From contig OZ255721.1 in the NCBI GenBank assembly GCA_965277285.1, positions 1,632,001 through 1,696,000 of the forward strand: a stretch of 64,000 bases of DNA, in the 5' to 3' direction. Below the pieces are notes generated by a model. That model was given only the letters and a program-made list of their open reading frames with translations, was not told the DNA's origin and searched no databases. Source of the DNA: Abditibacteriaceae bacterium. Lineage in GTDB: Bacteria; Armatimonadota; Abditibacteriia; Abditibacteriales; Abditibacteriaceae. This document shows positions 20,602 to 29,771 of the stretch, piece by piece (the first letter of the stretch is position 1; the number at the start of each line of letters is the position of its first letter). The translations under genes were made by a program, and so were the position numbers.

Positions 20602-20689
20602 GAATCGTAGGGGCGTCAGCTTGCTGCGCCCGTGTTCGAGTACTCGATTGCAGAAAGACGGGCGCAGCAAGCTGACGCCCCTACGATTC
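20602..20689. repeat. GTAG-type REP doublet with 32-bp perfect arms and the 12-mer in the loop
   Basis: GAATCGTAGGGGCGTCAGCTTGCTGCGCCCGT (20602-20633) and its reverse complement (20658-20689). Confidence 0.9.
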
Positions 20690-20715
20690 TCTTTCTCTGC
20701 GTCCTCAGCGGTCAA

Positions 20716-22125
20716 TTACCACGCCGTGGAAAGCGATTCGATTTCTTCGCGCATCGTTTTCTGAATGCGTTTCGCTTCACTTTCCGTTTGCGCTTCGCAG
20801 ATAACGCGCACGAAAGGTTCCGTTCCCGATGGTCGGATGTGAACCCAGCTTTGTGTCGCGCCTTCCTTTGGCCATTCAAACTTCAAACCGTCGTCTTCGT
20901 TCAGGCGCGCGGTTTTTTCCTTCGATTTGAGCCATTGAAACAATTGCGGAATGCGCTCGCGTGGAAACGAAATCGTGCTTTTGATGTTGTGATAGCGCGG
21001 CAGACTTTCGTGAATTTCCTGCGCCGTTTTGTTTTCTTTCGCTAAAAACTCCAGCGTGAGGGCAATCGCAGCGATGCCGTCGCGCCCGAATTGCACATCG
21101 GGAATGATGACGCCGCCGTTGCCTTCGCCGCCAATCACAGCGCCGATGTCGCGCATTCGCGTACTGACATTCACGTCGCCAACCGGCGTGCGCACCACTT
21201 CGCAACCATATTGATGAGCGACCGTATCGACCGCCATTGTCGTGCTCAAATTGGTGACAACTGGCCCTTGACGGCGGTTTTTCAAGACGTGCGCAATCGC
21301 CCACACAAGGGAAAAATCTTCGCCGCACGGAACGCCTTCGTTGGTCACAATCGCCACGCGGTCGGCGTCCGCATCGTGCGCGAAACCAACGTCGGCGCCA
21401 ACGCGCGTGACTTCGGCCATCAATTCCTTCATGTTCTCGTTCAAAGGCTCGGGATTGTGCGTGAAATGTCCGTCCAATTTCTCGTTGATGCGCGTGACTT
21501 TGCAGCCCAATACTTCGAGTACTCGAGGCGAAATGACGTTGCCAGCACCGTTGCAACCATCAAGCACGACATGAAAATTTTTAGCGCGAATCATTGGAAC
21601 ATCGACCAATTTGAAGACCGCTTCGATGTGGCGCGCATTGGCTTCGATGTCCTGCGTGACGCGTCCCATGTGTTGCCACGTTGCGGACACAAAAGTATTG
21701 GCTTCATACAATTTGATGACTTCGCCGCCCTGCGCTTTGTCCAAATACATTCCGCTGGGCTGAAAAAACTTGAGCGCGTTCCACTGAATTGGGTTGTGCG
21801 AAGCGGTGATGCAAATCGCGCCCGCCGCGTTGTGAAAAGGCACGGCCAGTTGCAAGGTCGGCGTGGTGACAATGCCCAGATCGACGACATCGCAGCCGCT
21901 GGAAAGCAGCGCGCCCAAAACGATGTGGTGCATCATTTCGCCCGTCGGACGCGTATCGCGCGCCAACAAAACGCGCGGGCGTTTATCACTGGAATTGTTT
22001 TTGCCATGCAAATAAGCGGCATAAGCGCGCACAAAGCGCAGCGCAACATCCGGCGTTAATGATTCGCCAACTACGCCGCGAATCCCTGAAACACCGATCA
22101 TCAACGTCGAATCGTGAGAAGACAA
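20716..22125 (-). CDS. alpha-D-phosphohexomutase (phosphoglucosamine mutase/PMM-like)
   Basis: SGIRG, ITASHNP, DADADR, GGEGNGG, RPSGTEP; TTG start after CAGGAG is inferred. Confidence 0.9.
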   Translation of the reverse strand: MSSHDSTLMIGVSGIRGVVGESLTPDVALRFVRAYAAYLHGKNNSSDKRPRVLLARDTRPTGEMMHHIVLGALLSSGCDVVDLGIVTTPTLQLAVPFHNAAGAICITASHNPIQWNALKFFQPSGMYLDKAQGGEVIKLYEANTFVSATWQHMGRVTQDIEANARHIEAVFKLVDVPMIRAKNFHVVLDGCNGAGNVISPRVLEVLGCKVTRINEKLDGHFTHNPEPLNENMKELMAEVTRVGADVGFAHDADADRVAIVTNEGVPCGEDFSLVWAIAHVLKNRRQGPVVTNLSTTMAVDTVAHQYGCEVVRTPVGDVNVSTRMRDIGAVIGGEGNGGVIIPDVQFGRDGIAAIALTLEFLAKENKTAQEIHESLPRYHNIKSTISFPRERIPQLFQWLKSKEKTARLNEDDGLKFEWPKEGATQSWVHIRPSGTEPFVRVICEAQTESEAKRIQKTMREEIESLSTAW

Positions 22126-22368
22126 AACAAACTCCTGAAACCATCGGTTCACATTAAAAATAAAATTTGCGGCGAAAGTGTAACGCAATTAAGTAGCGTC
22201 GGATTTCCCTCAATACAAATTTGAACAGTGCCAAGAGGATTCGCGTCTGGCGGCGCACAACCCCCAAGTTGTAACAACACATCAAGACATTTGCCTATCG
22301 AGTACTCGAAGGCGATTCCAACCAGGGAAAACATCGTATTTCCCCGACTTGTTTCCTGAGGAGGAAAT

Positions 22369-23541
22369 ATGACACATTTCATTCACAAGCACGCCAACCT
22401 GAGCAAAATCGCCGTGCTGACCTTGACCGGAGCCACGCTTTTCACACCGCTTTTGACCAACGCCGTGCACGCCGATGACAACGATTATCGCTCCAATCAA
22501 AGCAACAGCGATTCCACTTACCGCGACCGTAACAATGACAACAACAATAATGGTTACGTGACCTTGAACGGCGTCGTGATGGGCGATCCGAATGGCAATT
22601 CGTTTCAGGTGCGTACCGACGACGGACAAAACATCCGCGTCAACCTTAGTGGCAATCAACCCGACAATTTGCAGCGCGGCAGCCGCGTTCGCGTTTATGG
22701 CCGCCTGAGCGATGACAACACCTTGCATCGCGCTTCGGTCGCCGTCCTCGATAACGGTTACAACAATGGTAACGGTTACAACAACGGCAACAATGGCTAT
22801 AACAATGGCAGCGCTTACAATCAGCGCGTGACGTTGCGCGGCGTTGTCACGAGTGACTCACAAGGTCGTCGCTTCCAAATGCGCCAGGGCAACACGCTTT
22901 ATTCTGTTGTTTTGACGCGCAACCAGTCGAATGGCCTACGTTCGGGCGACCGCGTTGAGATTTCAGGTCGTCTGATCAAAGGCAATTACGTGCAGGCTGA
23001 CACACTGCGCGTTTTGCAGAGTAACAACGGCAACAACAACGGCTGGAACAACGGCAACTGGGGCAATGGCAATCGCACCAACGTTGATTTTCAGGGTCGA
23101 GTACTCGATGTTTCGGGACGCCGCTTTTTGACGGTGCGCGGCGACAACGGCGTGACCTATCAAGTGCGTAGCAATTCCGATTTCGACAATCGCGTTTCGT
23201 CAGGCGACCGCGTGCGCATCGTCGGAAATGGCTACAGCGGCAATCGCAACATCGACGCGCGACGCATCGAACTGCGCAATGACGTGAACGGTAATTACAA
23301 CAACGGTAATTACAATAACGGCTCATGGCAGGACGGCGACCGCGTTGATCTGCGAGGAACTGTGCGCAGCGTCAATCGCTTGGTGTTTGGAGGCGCCACC
23401 TTGACCGTTGATGGCGATGGTGGGCGCACATGGAGCGTTCGCGTTGATAACGCTTCCAACTGGCATCGCGGCGACCGCGTTCGCGCGCGCGGCACCATCA
23501 ACAATACGACAGTTACCAACGCGCAAGTCGACCGTTTGTAA
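22369..23541 (+). CDS. secreted Asn/Gly-rich protein with four OB-fold-like (DUF5666-like) repeats
   Basis: GAGGAGG RBS, signal peptide, repeated GxV...GDRVR(V/I)xG units. Confidence 0.7.
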   Translation: MTHFIHKHANLSKIAVLTLTGATLFTPLLTNAVHADDNDYRSNQSNSDSTYRDRNNDNNNNGYVTLNGVVMGDPNGNSFQVRTDDGQNIRVNLSGNQPDNLQRGSRVRVYGRLSDDNTLHRASVAVLDNGYNNGNGYNNGNNGYNNGSAYNQRVTLRGVVTSDSQGRRFQMRQGNTLYSVVLTRNQSNGLRSGDRVEISGRLIKGNYVQADTLRVLQSNNGNNNGWNNGNWGNGNRTNVDFQGRVLDVSGRRFLTVRGDNGVTYQVRSNSDFDNRVSSGDRVRIVGNGYSGNRNIDARRIELRNDVNGNYNNGNYNNGSWQDGDRVDLRGTVRSVNRLVFGGATLTVDGDGGRTWSVRVDNASNWHRGDRVRARGTINNTTVTNAQVDRL

Positions 23542-23593
23542 AATCAATTTGCGAAATTGGTGCGACACAAGATTTGCCTCTGAGCGTTAAAAA

Positions 23594-23623
23594 GAAAAGG
23601 CCGTCAAACTGGCGGCCTTTTCT
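23594..23623 (+). terminator. intrinsic terminator
   Basis: GAAAAGGCCGTCA-aac-TGGCGGCCTTTTC. Confidence 0.7.
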
Positions 23624-23692
23624 GTCGTCCGTTTTCTGTTATTTTGATCGTCTCGTTTGGGTTTAACGCCGTTTATTTTGCAGGAGGAAACC

Positions 23693-24874
23693 ATGAAAAC
23701 ACTTACTTTCTTGACGCGCGCCGCATTGTTGTCTTCAACGCTGCTTCCGCTCGCTTTCACCACGATGCCAGCGCGCTCCGCGACTTACACTGTCAACGGC
23801 CAGAGCGCGGACGGAACGGCGCCGATTGGCGTTTCGATTGATGGGCAAATGGTGAATGTCGGTTCGGTCGCGCCGGTGCAGGCCAACAATCGCGTACTCG
23901 TTCCTTTGCGCGGCGTGCTCGAAGCGATGGGCGCAACGGTCGCCTACGACGATGCAACGGGAACCGTTCTGGCGCAGCGCGGCAGGACGCAGCTTTCTCT
24001 GCGCATCGGCTCCACGCAGGCGCTGGTGAACGGGCGCACGCGCACGCTCGATGTTCCGGCGCAAACGCTTTATGGCCGCACGCTGGTTCCTTTGCGCTTC
24101 GTGGCGGAAAGTCTGGGCGCCAATGTTTCGTGGGACGATGCGCAGCGCGTTGTTTTCATCCAAACCAACCCGGCGCCCGCACCGGCACCGCCGCCGACTT
24201 ATGCCCCGCCGCCACCGATAGATTATCCGACCAAGCCAGAGCAGCCGCGCGTGAGGACTGTGGACGCGACCGTCACGCGCAATTTGCCCGGGCGCCGCTT
24301 TTTTGAAGTCATCACCGATCGCGGCGAACTGCTGGAAGTGCGCTCGAGCGTGGATGAACCGTCGGGACTTTCCGCCAATGATCGCGTGCGCCTACGCGGC
24401 AGGCAGGACGGCGACGTTTTCTACGCCGATTCGGTCGACATCACCTATGACGTTGGAACACCCATCACTGCGACGGGAACCGTCAGCGCCATCATATCGA
24501 GTACTCGATTGCTGCTGCGCGACAATAATGGCCACACTTTTTCTGTCGCCACACAACGCGATTTGCCGGTCACGCTGGGCGTTGGCGACCGGATTCGCGT
24601 TCCTGGCACGCGGCGCGGCGATCACATTGATGCACAAAACATCACCTTAATTCGCAGCTCCGACATCACGCCGACCGCGCAAAACGTCGATTTTCGCGCG
24701 ACCGTCACCAGCATCGACACCATCGGGCGCGTGTTGCAAGTGCGCGGCGACAACGGCACGATTTATGTCGTGCGCTACTTCAACGATCAACGCTTCGATG
24801 TCGGCGAACGCATCCGCATCATCGGCACCGCCAGCGAAGGCATCACCAACGCGTCGCGCATCACACGCTTGTAA
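23693..24874 (+). CDS. secreted protein with copper amine oxidase N-terminal (stalk) domain and OB-fold-like repeats
   Basis: CAGGAGG RBS; RVLVPLRGVLEAMGATV and GRTLVPLRFVAESLGANVSWD; Pro-rich linker; GDRIR repeats. Confidence 0.8.
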   Translation: MKTLTFLTRAALLSSTLLPLAFTTMPARSATYTVNGQSADGTAPIGVSIDGQMVNVGSVAPVQANNRVLVPLRGVLEAMGATVAYDDATGTVLAQRGRTQLSLRIGSTQALVNGRTRTLDVPAQTLYGRTLVPLRFVAESLGANVSWDDAQRVVFIQTNPAPAPAPPPTYAPPPPIDYPTKPEQPRVRTVDATVTRNLPGRRFFEVITDRGELLEVRSSVDEPSGLSANDRVRLRGRQDGDVFYADSVDITYDVGTPITATGTVSAIISSTRLLLRDNNGHTFSVATQRDLPVTLGVGDRIRVPGTRRGDHIDAQNITLIRSSDITPTAQNVDFRATVTSIDTIGRVLQVRGDNGTIYVVRYFNDQRFDVGERIRIIGTASEGITNASRITRL

Positions 24875-24883
24875 ACGTCGGTC

Positions 24884-24927
24884 AACAAAAAGGCCCGCTT
24901 CGGTGAAAAGAAGCGGGCTTTTTTGTT
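24884..24927. terminator. bidirectional intrinsic terminator
   Basis: AACAAAAAGGCCCGCTTC...GAAGCGGGCTTTTTTGTT between convergent genes. Confidence 0.8.
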
Positions 24928-24986
24928 ATTCGAGTACTTGATTCCAGACCTTTGAATTATTGTGATTTGTTAGCGTCGAAAATAGC

Positions 24987-25271
24987 TTAACTAAAAATGT
25001 AAAAATATCCGGCTACGAAAATCATGCCACTTACAATTATTGAGACAGCAATAAATTGCTTACCTTCGGCGACGCCTCGTGAAGTTGCTTCACGGTACGC
25101 TTCCCATAATTTGCACGCTTCAAGAGAAAGCCTTCCGCCAATAAGCAAAAACAGAAGCGGATAGGCCAGCGAGTGAGGAAGTGGCCCGAGAACCTTTTGT
25201 TCGTAAAGGAATGCTACGGCTCCGAAAATCATTATGACAAACAGAGTTAATTTGATTTGCCACATCATCAA
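24987..25271 (-). CDS. small AT-rich membrane hypothetical protein
   Basis: 94-aa ORF with three hydrophobic segments. Confidence 0.5.
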   Translation of the reverse strand: MMMWQIKLTLFVIMIFGAVAFLYEQKVLGPLPHSLAYPLLFLLIGGRLSLEACKLWEAYREATSRGVAEGKQFIAVSIIVSGMIFVAGYFYIFS

Positions 25272-25301
25272 ACCTCGAACAATTGTGTTGTTGAAACCAA
25301 C

Positions 25302-26348
25302 TCACACGCCGAAAATAGTTTTTCGTTCGTCGCGTGTGCGTCCGAACAAATCGCGCAAAAGCAGTTCCGATTCGTGGCGCACTTCGATTTTGCGGCGCGC
25401 CATGGTTGCTCGCGCGGTTTGAATGAATGGCTCTAACTTGTGTTCCTGCCAGCCGTTTTGTCCGCCCCAACTGAAACTGGGAACATAAGAAGGCGCGACG
25501 CCACCGCCGAAAACGTTGCAGCCGACGCCGATATTCGAGCCAGTCGTCAGCATTTGCCCGATGCCGATTTTGGTGTGATCGCCGACCAGAGAACCCAAAA
25601 ACGTGCAGCCCGTATCAACCGACGTTTGCGCATCGCGGCGAAAACGAATGTTGCCATACGTGTTTTTCAAGTTGCTCGTCGTCGCCAGCGCGCCGAAATT
25701 GACCCAGCGCCCAGCCCACGAATTGCCAACAAAACCTTCATGCGCTTTGTTGGCACGTCCCTGAAAAATGCTCGCCGAAACTTCGCCGCCGATTTTGCAA
25801 CTCGCGCCCAGTGAAACGCCGGGGCGCAAACGCGCGCCATCGAGTACGCAATCGTTGCCGACAAAAACCGGCCCTTGAAGCTGCGACCATTTCACCTGCA
25901 CGCGTTCGCCCAAGATAATCGGGCCGTTCGTTACATCCAAAACGCAACCTGGCTGAATGCTGCTTCCAACGCCGATATGAACATCGCGCGGCGAACCGAC
26001 GATGTACGCTCCGTTCATCATGGCCGCATCGCGGAAGTTCTCGTGATGCACATTCCAGTACTCGGAATCAGCCGCGATCAGTTCGGCGCTGCGGCTCAAA
26101 ATCTTCCACGGTTCGTCTTCGGGCAAACCAGGAAACGTTTCGCCAGCAATGTCTTCGTTGACGGGCAGGCCGGTTTTGGCGCGCAAATACGCGGCGATTT
26201 CAGGGCGGCATTGCAGTGCGACATCGCGCGTCGTTTGCAGCGCGCGCTCCAGCGGCGACATCGTGCCATAACGCAGCTCAAATGTCGCGCGCGTCAATGT
26301 GAGAGGGAAAAAGTTTTCGGGGTTTTCTTCAAGGAGAAGCAAAGACAT
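25302..26348 (-). CDS. GlmU-related putative sugar nucleotidyl/acyltransferase with hexapeptide repeats
   Basis: FFPLTLTR..FELRYG, KIGGEV, NKAHEGFVGNS, NFGA..TTSNLKNTY, GDHTKIGI, YVPSFSW. Confidence 0.8.
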   Translation of the reverse strand: MSLLLLEENPENFFPLTLTRATFELRYGTMSPLERALQTTRDVALQCRPEIAAYLRAKTGLPVNEDIAGETFPGLPEDEPWKILSRSAELIAADSEYWNVHHENFRDAAMMNGAYIVGSPRDVHIGVGSSIQPGCVLDVTNGPIILGERVQVKWSQLQGPVFVGNDCVLDGARLRPGVSLGASCKIGGEVSASIFQGRANKAHEGFVGNSWAGRWVNFGALATTSNLKNTYGNIRFRRDAQTSVDTGCTFLGSLVGDHTKIGIGQMLTTGSNIGVGCNVFGGGVAPSYVPSFSWGGQNGWQEHKLEPFIQTARATMARRKIEVRHESELLLRDLFGRTRDERKTIFGV

Positions 26349-26392
26349 GGCGGAGGAATGAGTGATGAGCTACAACGCACTTGAAGTTCGAC

Positions 26393-26421
26393 GTACGGGC
26401 GATTCGGCGAATCGCCCGTAC
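26393..26421. repeat. short GTAC/GTAG-type REP-like palindrome
   Basis: GTACGGGCGATTCG-G-CGAATCGCCCGTAC. Confidence 0.75.
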
Positions 26422-26445
26422 CATTCGTCCCCTATCACTGGCCGT

Positions 26446-27198
26446 TCAATGAATGATTCGTCCGCCGCCGCTGCTGCGATTGCCGCCAATTCCTGCTCCG
26501 CCGATTCCGGCCAGACCGCTCAAGCCGCTGGCGTTGTTCATTGGAGCGCCGGTAATTTGCACAAAGTTGACGCGCAAATCGTTCAAAACGCGGTCGTATT
26601 CGCGGGCGCTGGAAGCGTCCATCAAAGGACGAATCACATCCAGCAAAGCGCTGAAGGAATCGATGGAAAGTCGCGCCTGCGCGTCGTTGCGCGCGATCAA
26701 GCGTGTGTAAGGGTTCGGCGTCAAGCCCATGTGAACGGCGGCGACCTGGCTCATTTGCACGATGAATTGCTGCAACATCGGCTCGACTTGCAGCGACGCG
26801 ACGGCTTCGGCCTGGCGACCCATTTCTTCGCGCACCGAGTTCTTTTCCTGCTCGGTCAAAGGCCGTCCCATGCGCGCTTCAATCGTCTGGAACTGTTCTT
26901 GTTCCGCCGCTTCAACTTCAGCTTGCATGTGTGCCATTTCTTCAGCGCTCAATGGTTCGACATCTTCGTCTGGGTCGCCCATTTCACCCGGATTTTGCGG
27001 ATCGAGTTCGCTATCGGAAACTTCGTCATCGAAATCTTCCAGGTCTTCTTCTGGCACTTCCGGCACGTCGTTTGGATTTTGCGAGGCTTGAACGCCCGCA
27101 TTTCCGGTGCGCTCGTCTTCGCTCAACATGCGGCGATCTACGACCTGAATGCGCGGCTTTTCTTCTTCGTCACGTTCGTTGTCACGTTCGTTCGACAT
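26446..27198 (-). CDS. acidic protein with DUF1844-like C-terminal domain
   Basis: IQVVDRR N-terminus; A.VHMGL.PNP...QARLSID...LNDLRVNFV. Confidence 0.7.
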   Translation of the reverse strand: MSNERDNERDEEEKPRIQVVDRRMLSEDERTGNAGVQASQNPNDVPEVPEEDLEDFDDEVSDSELDPQNPGEMGDPDEDVEPLSAEEMAHMQAEVEAAEQEQFQTIEARMGRPLTEQEKNSVREEMGRQAEAVASLQVEPMLQQFIVQMSQVAAVHMGLTPNPYTRLIARNDAQARLSIDSFSALLDVIRPLMDASSAREYDRVLNDLRVNFVQITGAPMNNASGLSGLAGIGGAGIGGNRSSGGGRIIH

Positions 27199-27260
27199 AA
27201 GGATGTCCTTATCAATTGATTTGGGAAACGCGCCCAGTTTAACGCAACTCTGGCCCGCGT

Positions 27261-27863
27261 TCAGCGAATCGAGTACTCGAATTGCGCGATTTGCTGGGCC
27301 CACGCTTCGTCATTCAAAACTGGTTGCGCGCCTTGCAGCGACAAGTCTTCGCCCAGTTCTATCCACGAGCGACAGCCGCCAAATTGCGATTGCATCCCGA
27401 CGCGGTGCGCCTGTGGAATCTGGTAAACGCGCAAAGCCGCACAAATCAGCGGATGTTCGGGTTTGTAGCCAAAGCGAAGATCGAGATAAGCACGGCTCCA
27501 GATGTGCGACGCGCGCATCAAACGCTCTTCGTCTTCGACCTCAAAGTTCCACACGCGTTCGACGCGCGCCCAAGTTTGCAAACGCAACGCGGAAGCATCT
27601 TCCGGCGGTTGTTGCTGGCGAATTTGCGCGAACCAATTGCGCGCTTCGGCTTTGATGCCGTTAGGGTTTTGATGCCATTGCGACGGCAGCAACCAGAAGT
27701 TCGCGTACTCGACGGAAAAAGTTCCCATTTCGCTGTTGTCTGTTGCGGCATCGAGCAAGCCGCCTTTTCGCAAAATGATAATTTGGCGACCTTCGCACAG
27801 CGCGCAAACCGTCGCTGCCCATTCTTTGAGCGCAACCGAACACGAAAAAGGAGAAGAATCCAT
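27261..27863 (-). CDS. DUF1802 family protein
   Basis: ALKEWA..V.AL.EGRQIIILRKGG, FWLLP...HQ, GGCRSWIEL. Confidence 0.85.
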   Translation of the reverse strand: MDSSPFSCSVALKEWAATVCALCEGRQIIILRKGGLLDAATDNSEMGTFSVEYANFWLLPSQWHQNPNGIKAEARNWFAQIRQQQPPEDASALRLQTWARVERVWNFEVEDEERLMRASHIWSRAYLDLRFGYKPEHPLICAALRVYQIPQAHRVGMQSQFGGCRSWIELGEDLSLQGAQPVLNDEAWAQQIAQFEYSIR

Positions 27864-28039
27864 AACGAATCTAAGTTGATGCTTTGGTTTGAGAAGATCA
27901 AATAGCGTGTCACTCCGAGCGGTGCCGAGGAATCTTGGGCGTTGCAGCGTTCTAACTTTTTTGTGTACAGGCTTGGATTGACACACGCCGATGACGATTT
28001 TTTAACTGCAAAACGCTAAGTGGCAATTTGAGTTGAACA

Positions 28040-29338
28040 TCAGCGCGCTTTTTTCCAAAACATGATCAGGCCGACCAGCGCCGTGACACTCATCGGCAAG
28101 TAACCGAAAACCAGCGGGTTGACTTCACCGGCGCCGCCCATCGTTTGCGCCCACGTCCACAAAATGTAATAACCCATCAGCACGACGAGCGAAATTCCCA
28201 TCGCAAAACCGCCGCCCGAACGCTGCGGTCGCAACGCCAGAGGCGCGCCAATCAGCACCAGAAAAATGCACGTAAAGGCCGTCGCAATTTTGTCGTGCAT
28301 GCCATACGTCATGTTGTTGATGAGTCGTTGCGTCGTCCTTTGTGTGGCAGGGTCTTGTCCGCGTAGCGAATTTTGCAGTTGCGTGCGGTGGTCGCGCAGG
28401 TCGGAAATTGAGGCCATGTCATATTCGCCGTTATCCAGATGCTGCGCGAAGGACATCGTTTTCAAGCCCAGTGCGCCAGGCGATGGCATCGAGTACTCGA
28501 TACTGTGCGGCGGCGAAATCGTGACTTTCTGGCTGTCGGCTGAAATGTCGGTGGTCACGGCGCGCGTTAAATCCCACTTTCCCAAACGCGGATTCCATCT
28601 GGCCAATGGCGCGGAAATCTGGCGATACATACGTTGCTCGGAATTGAAAAGTTGAATGCGCGGTTGTTCCATCGTACCGGCTTTGAAATCAAGCTTTTTC
28701 GCCTGAATGATGCTTTTCAATTCGCCCTTGCCATCGAAGGGATCGGAAAGTCGCACATCGGTTTTGGGCAGCGCCGTTTTCAAGTTCGATTGCGCGATGA
28801 TATTTTGCTTGAGTTGCTGGGTCGCCGGCACGAATCTGTCTTGCAAAACGAAAACACACAGCCCGACCAAAGCGCCCCACAATAGCGGCGCGCGCATCAT
28901 GCGCCCCAAACTCATGCCGCCGACTTGAAGCGCCGTCGCCTCGCCTTTCGATGACAATTCCGCGAAGGTTTGCACGGTGCCGTAAAGCAGCGACATCGGG
29001 AGGGTAAAAACGAAGACGTGCGGCACATCGCTCATCACCAAATCCCAGGCGCCCGCCCAATCGAGCGAGCCACTGGCGATGCGTTGCACGGCGGTGATAA
29101 AGGTGTACATGAACAACAAACCGGCGAACCACAGCACGCCGCGCCCCGTCGCGCTCACCATATGACGCAACAAGTATTCGTCGGCAATCTTCAGCGGAAT
29201 GCGACGCACGCGCGCCGTCGTTTGTGCGCGACTTGACAAACGTGCATTTACGCCGCGCAAATGCGGTTCGCGCAAATGCGGTTCGCGCAAAGTTGCATCG
29301 AGCGGTTCCAATTCGGTTGGGCGTCCAACAGTTTTCAT
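28040..29338 (-). CDS. LptF/LptG (YjgP/YjgQ) family permease
   Basis: TLPMSLLYG...ELSSKGEATALQVGGMSL.R; 3+3 TM topology; LIGAPLA. Confidence 0.85.
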   Translation of the reverse strand: MKTVGRPTELEPLDATLREPHLREPHLRGVNARLSSRAQTTARVRRIPLKIADEYLLRHMVSATGRGVLWFAGLLFMYTFITAVQRIASGSLDWAGAWDLVMSDVPHVFVFTLPMSLLYGTVQTFAELSSKGEATALQVGGMSLGRMMRAPLLWGALVGLCVFVLQDRFVPATQQLKQNIIAQSNLKTALPKTDVRLSDPFDGKGELKSIIQAKKLDFKAGTMEQPRIQLFNSEQRMYRQISAPLARWNPRLGKWDLTRAVTTDISADSQKVTISPPHSIEYSMPSPGALGLKTMSFAQHLDNGEYDMASISDLRDHRTQLQNSLRGQDPATQRTTQRLINNMTYGMHDKIATAFTCIFLVLIGAPLALRPQRSGGGFAMGISLVVLMGYYILWTWAQTMGGAGEVNPLVFGYLPMSVTALVGLIMFWKKAR

Positions 29339-29520
29339 GGCAGGCAAGACGAACGAAGTTCAAAGCGAGGTTCAAAAGGATTCGAGAAAGGCGTGTAAAG
29401 TATAGCGCACTCTTTGGCGCGTCTTAAAAAGCAAGAGAGTAAGCGTAAAAGCGTAAAGATGAGGGTGAATCATTTTCCAGCGGATTCCTCGATTTCGAGT
29501 ACTCGAATGACCTAATCAAA

Positions 29521-29673
29521 GGTGCGAGTTTGAAGTACCCGCCCCTGAAGAAGCGGGCTGAGTTGTAAAGCCCCATGAATGGGGCTGAAGTAGACGCCCG
29601 GAGGCCGCTTTAGCGGTCTTGCTCATTCAGCCTGCTCCTTCAGGGGCAGGCGTCATCACTTTCAACTCGCACC
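29521..29673. mobile_element. CCCCTGAAG-family MITE/REPIN-like element, copy 1
   Basis: Core 29542-29646 is nearly identical to the reverse complement of the 41.2-kb copy and shares both ends with the 55.8-kb copy. Confidence 0.8.
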
Positions 29674-29771
29674 ATTAATCACAGTGAGCAAACGACCTGA
29701 TAAACGCGCTGTGATAAAATGAGGCGCATCTTGCCGTTGATGTTTCCACTTTTTGCACGAGGAATTTTCTC

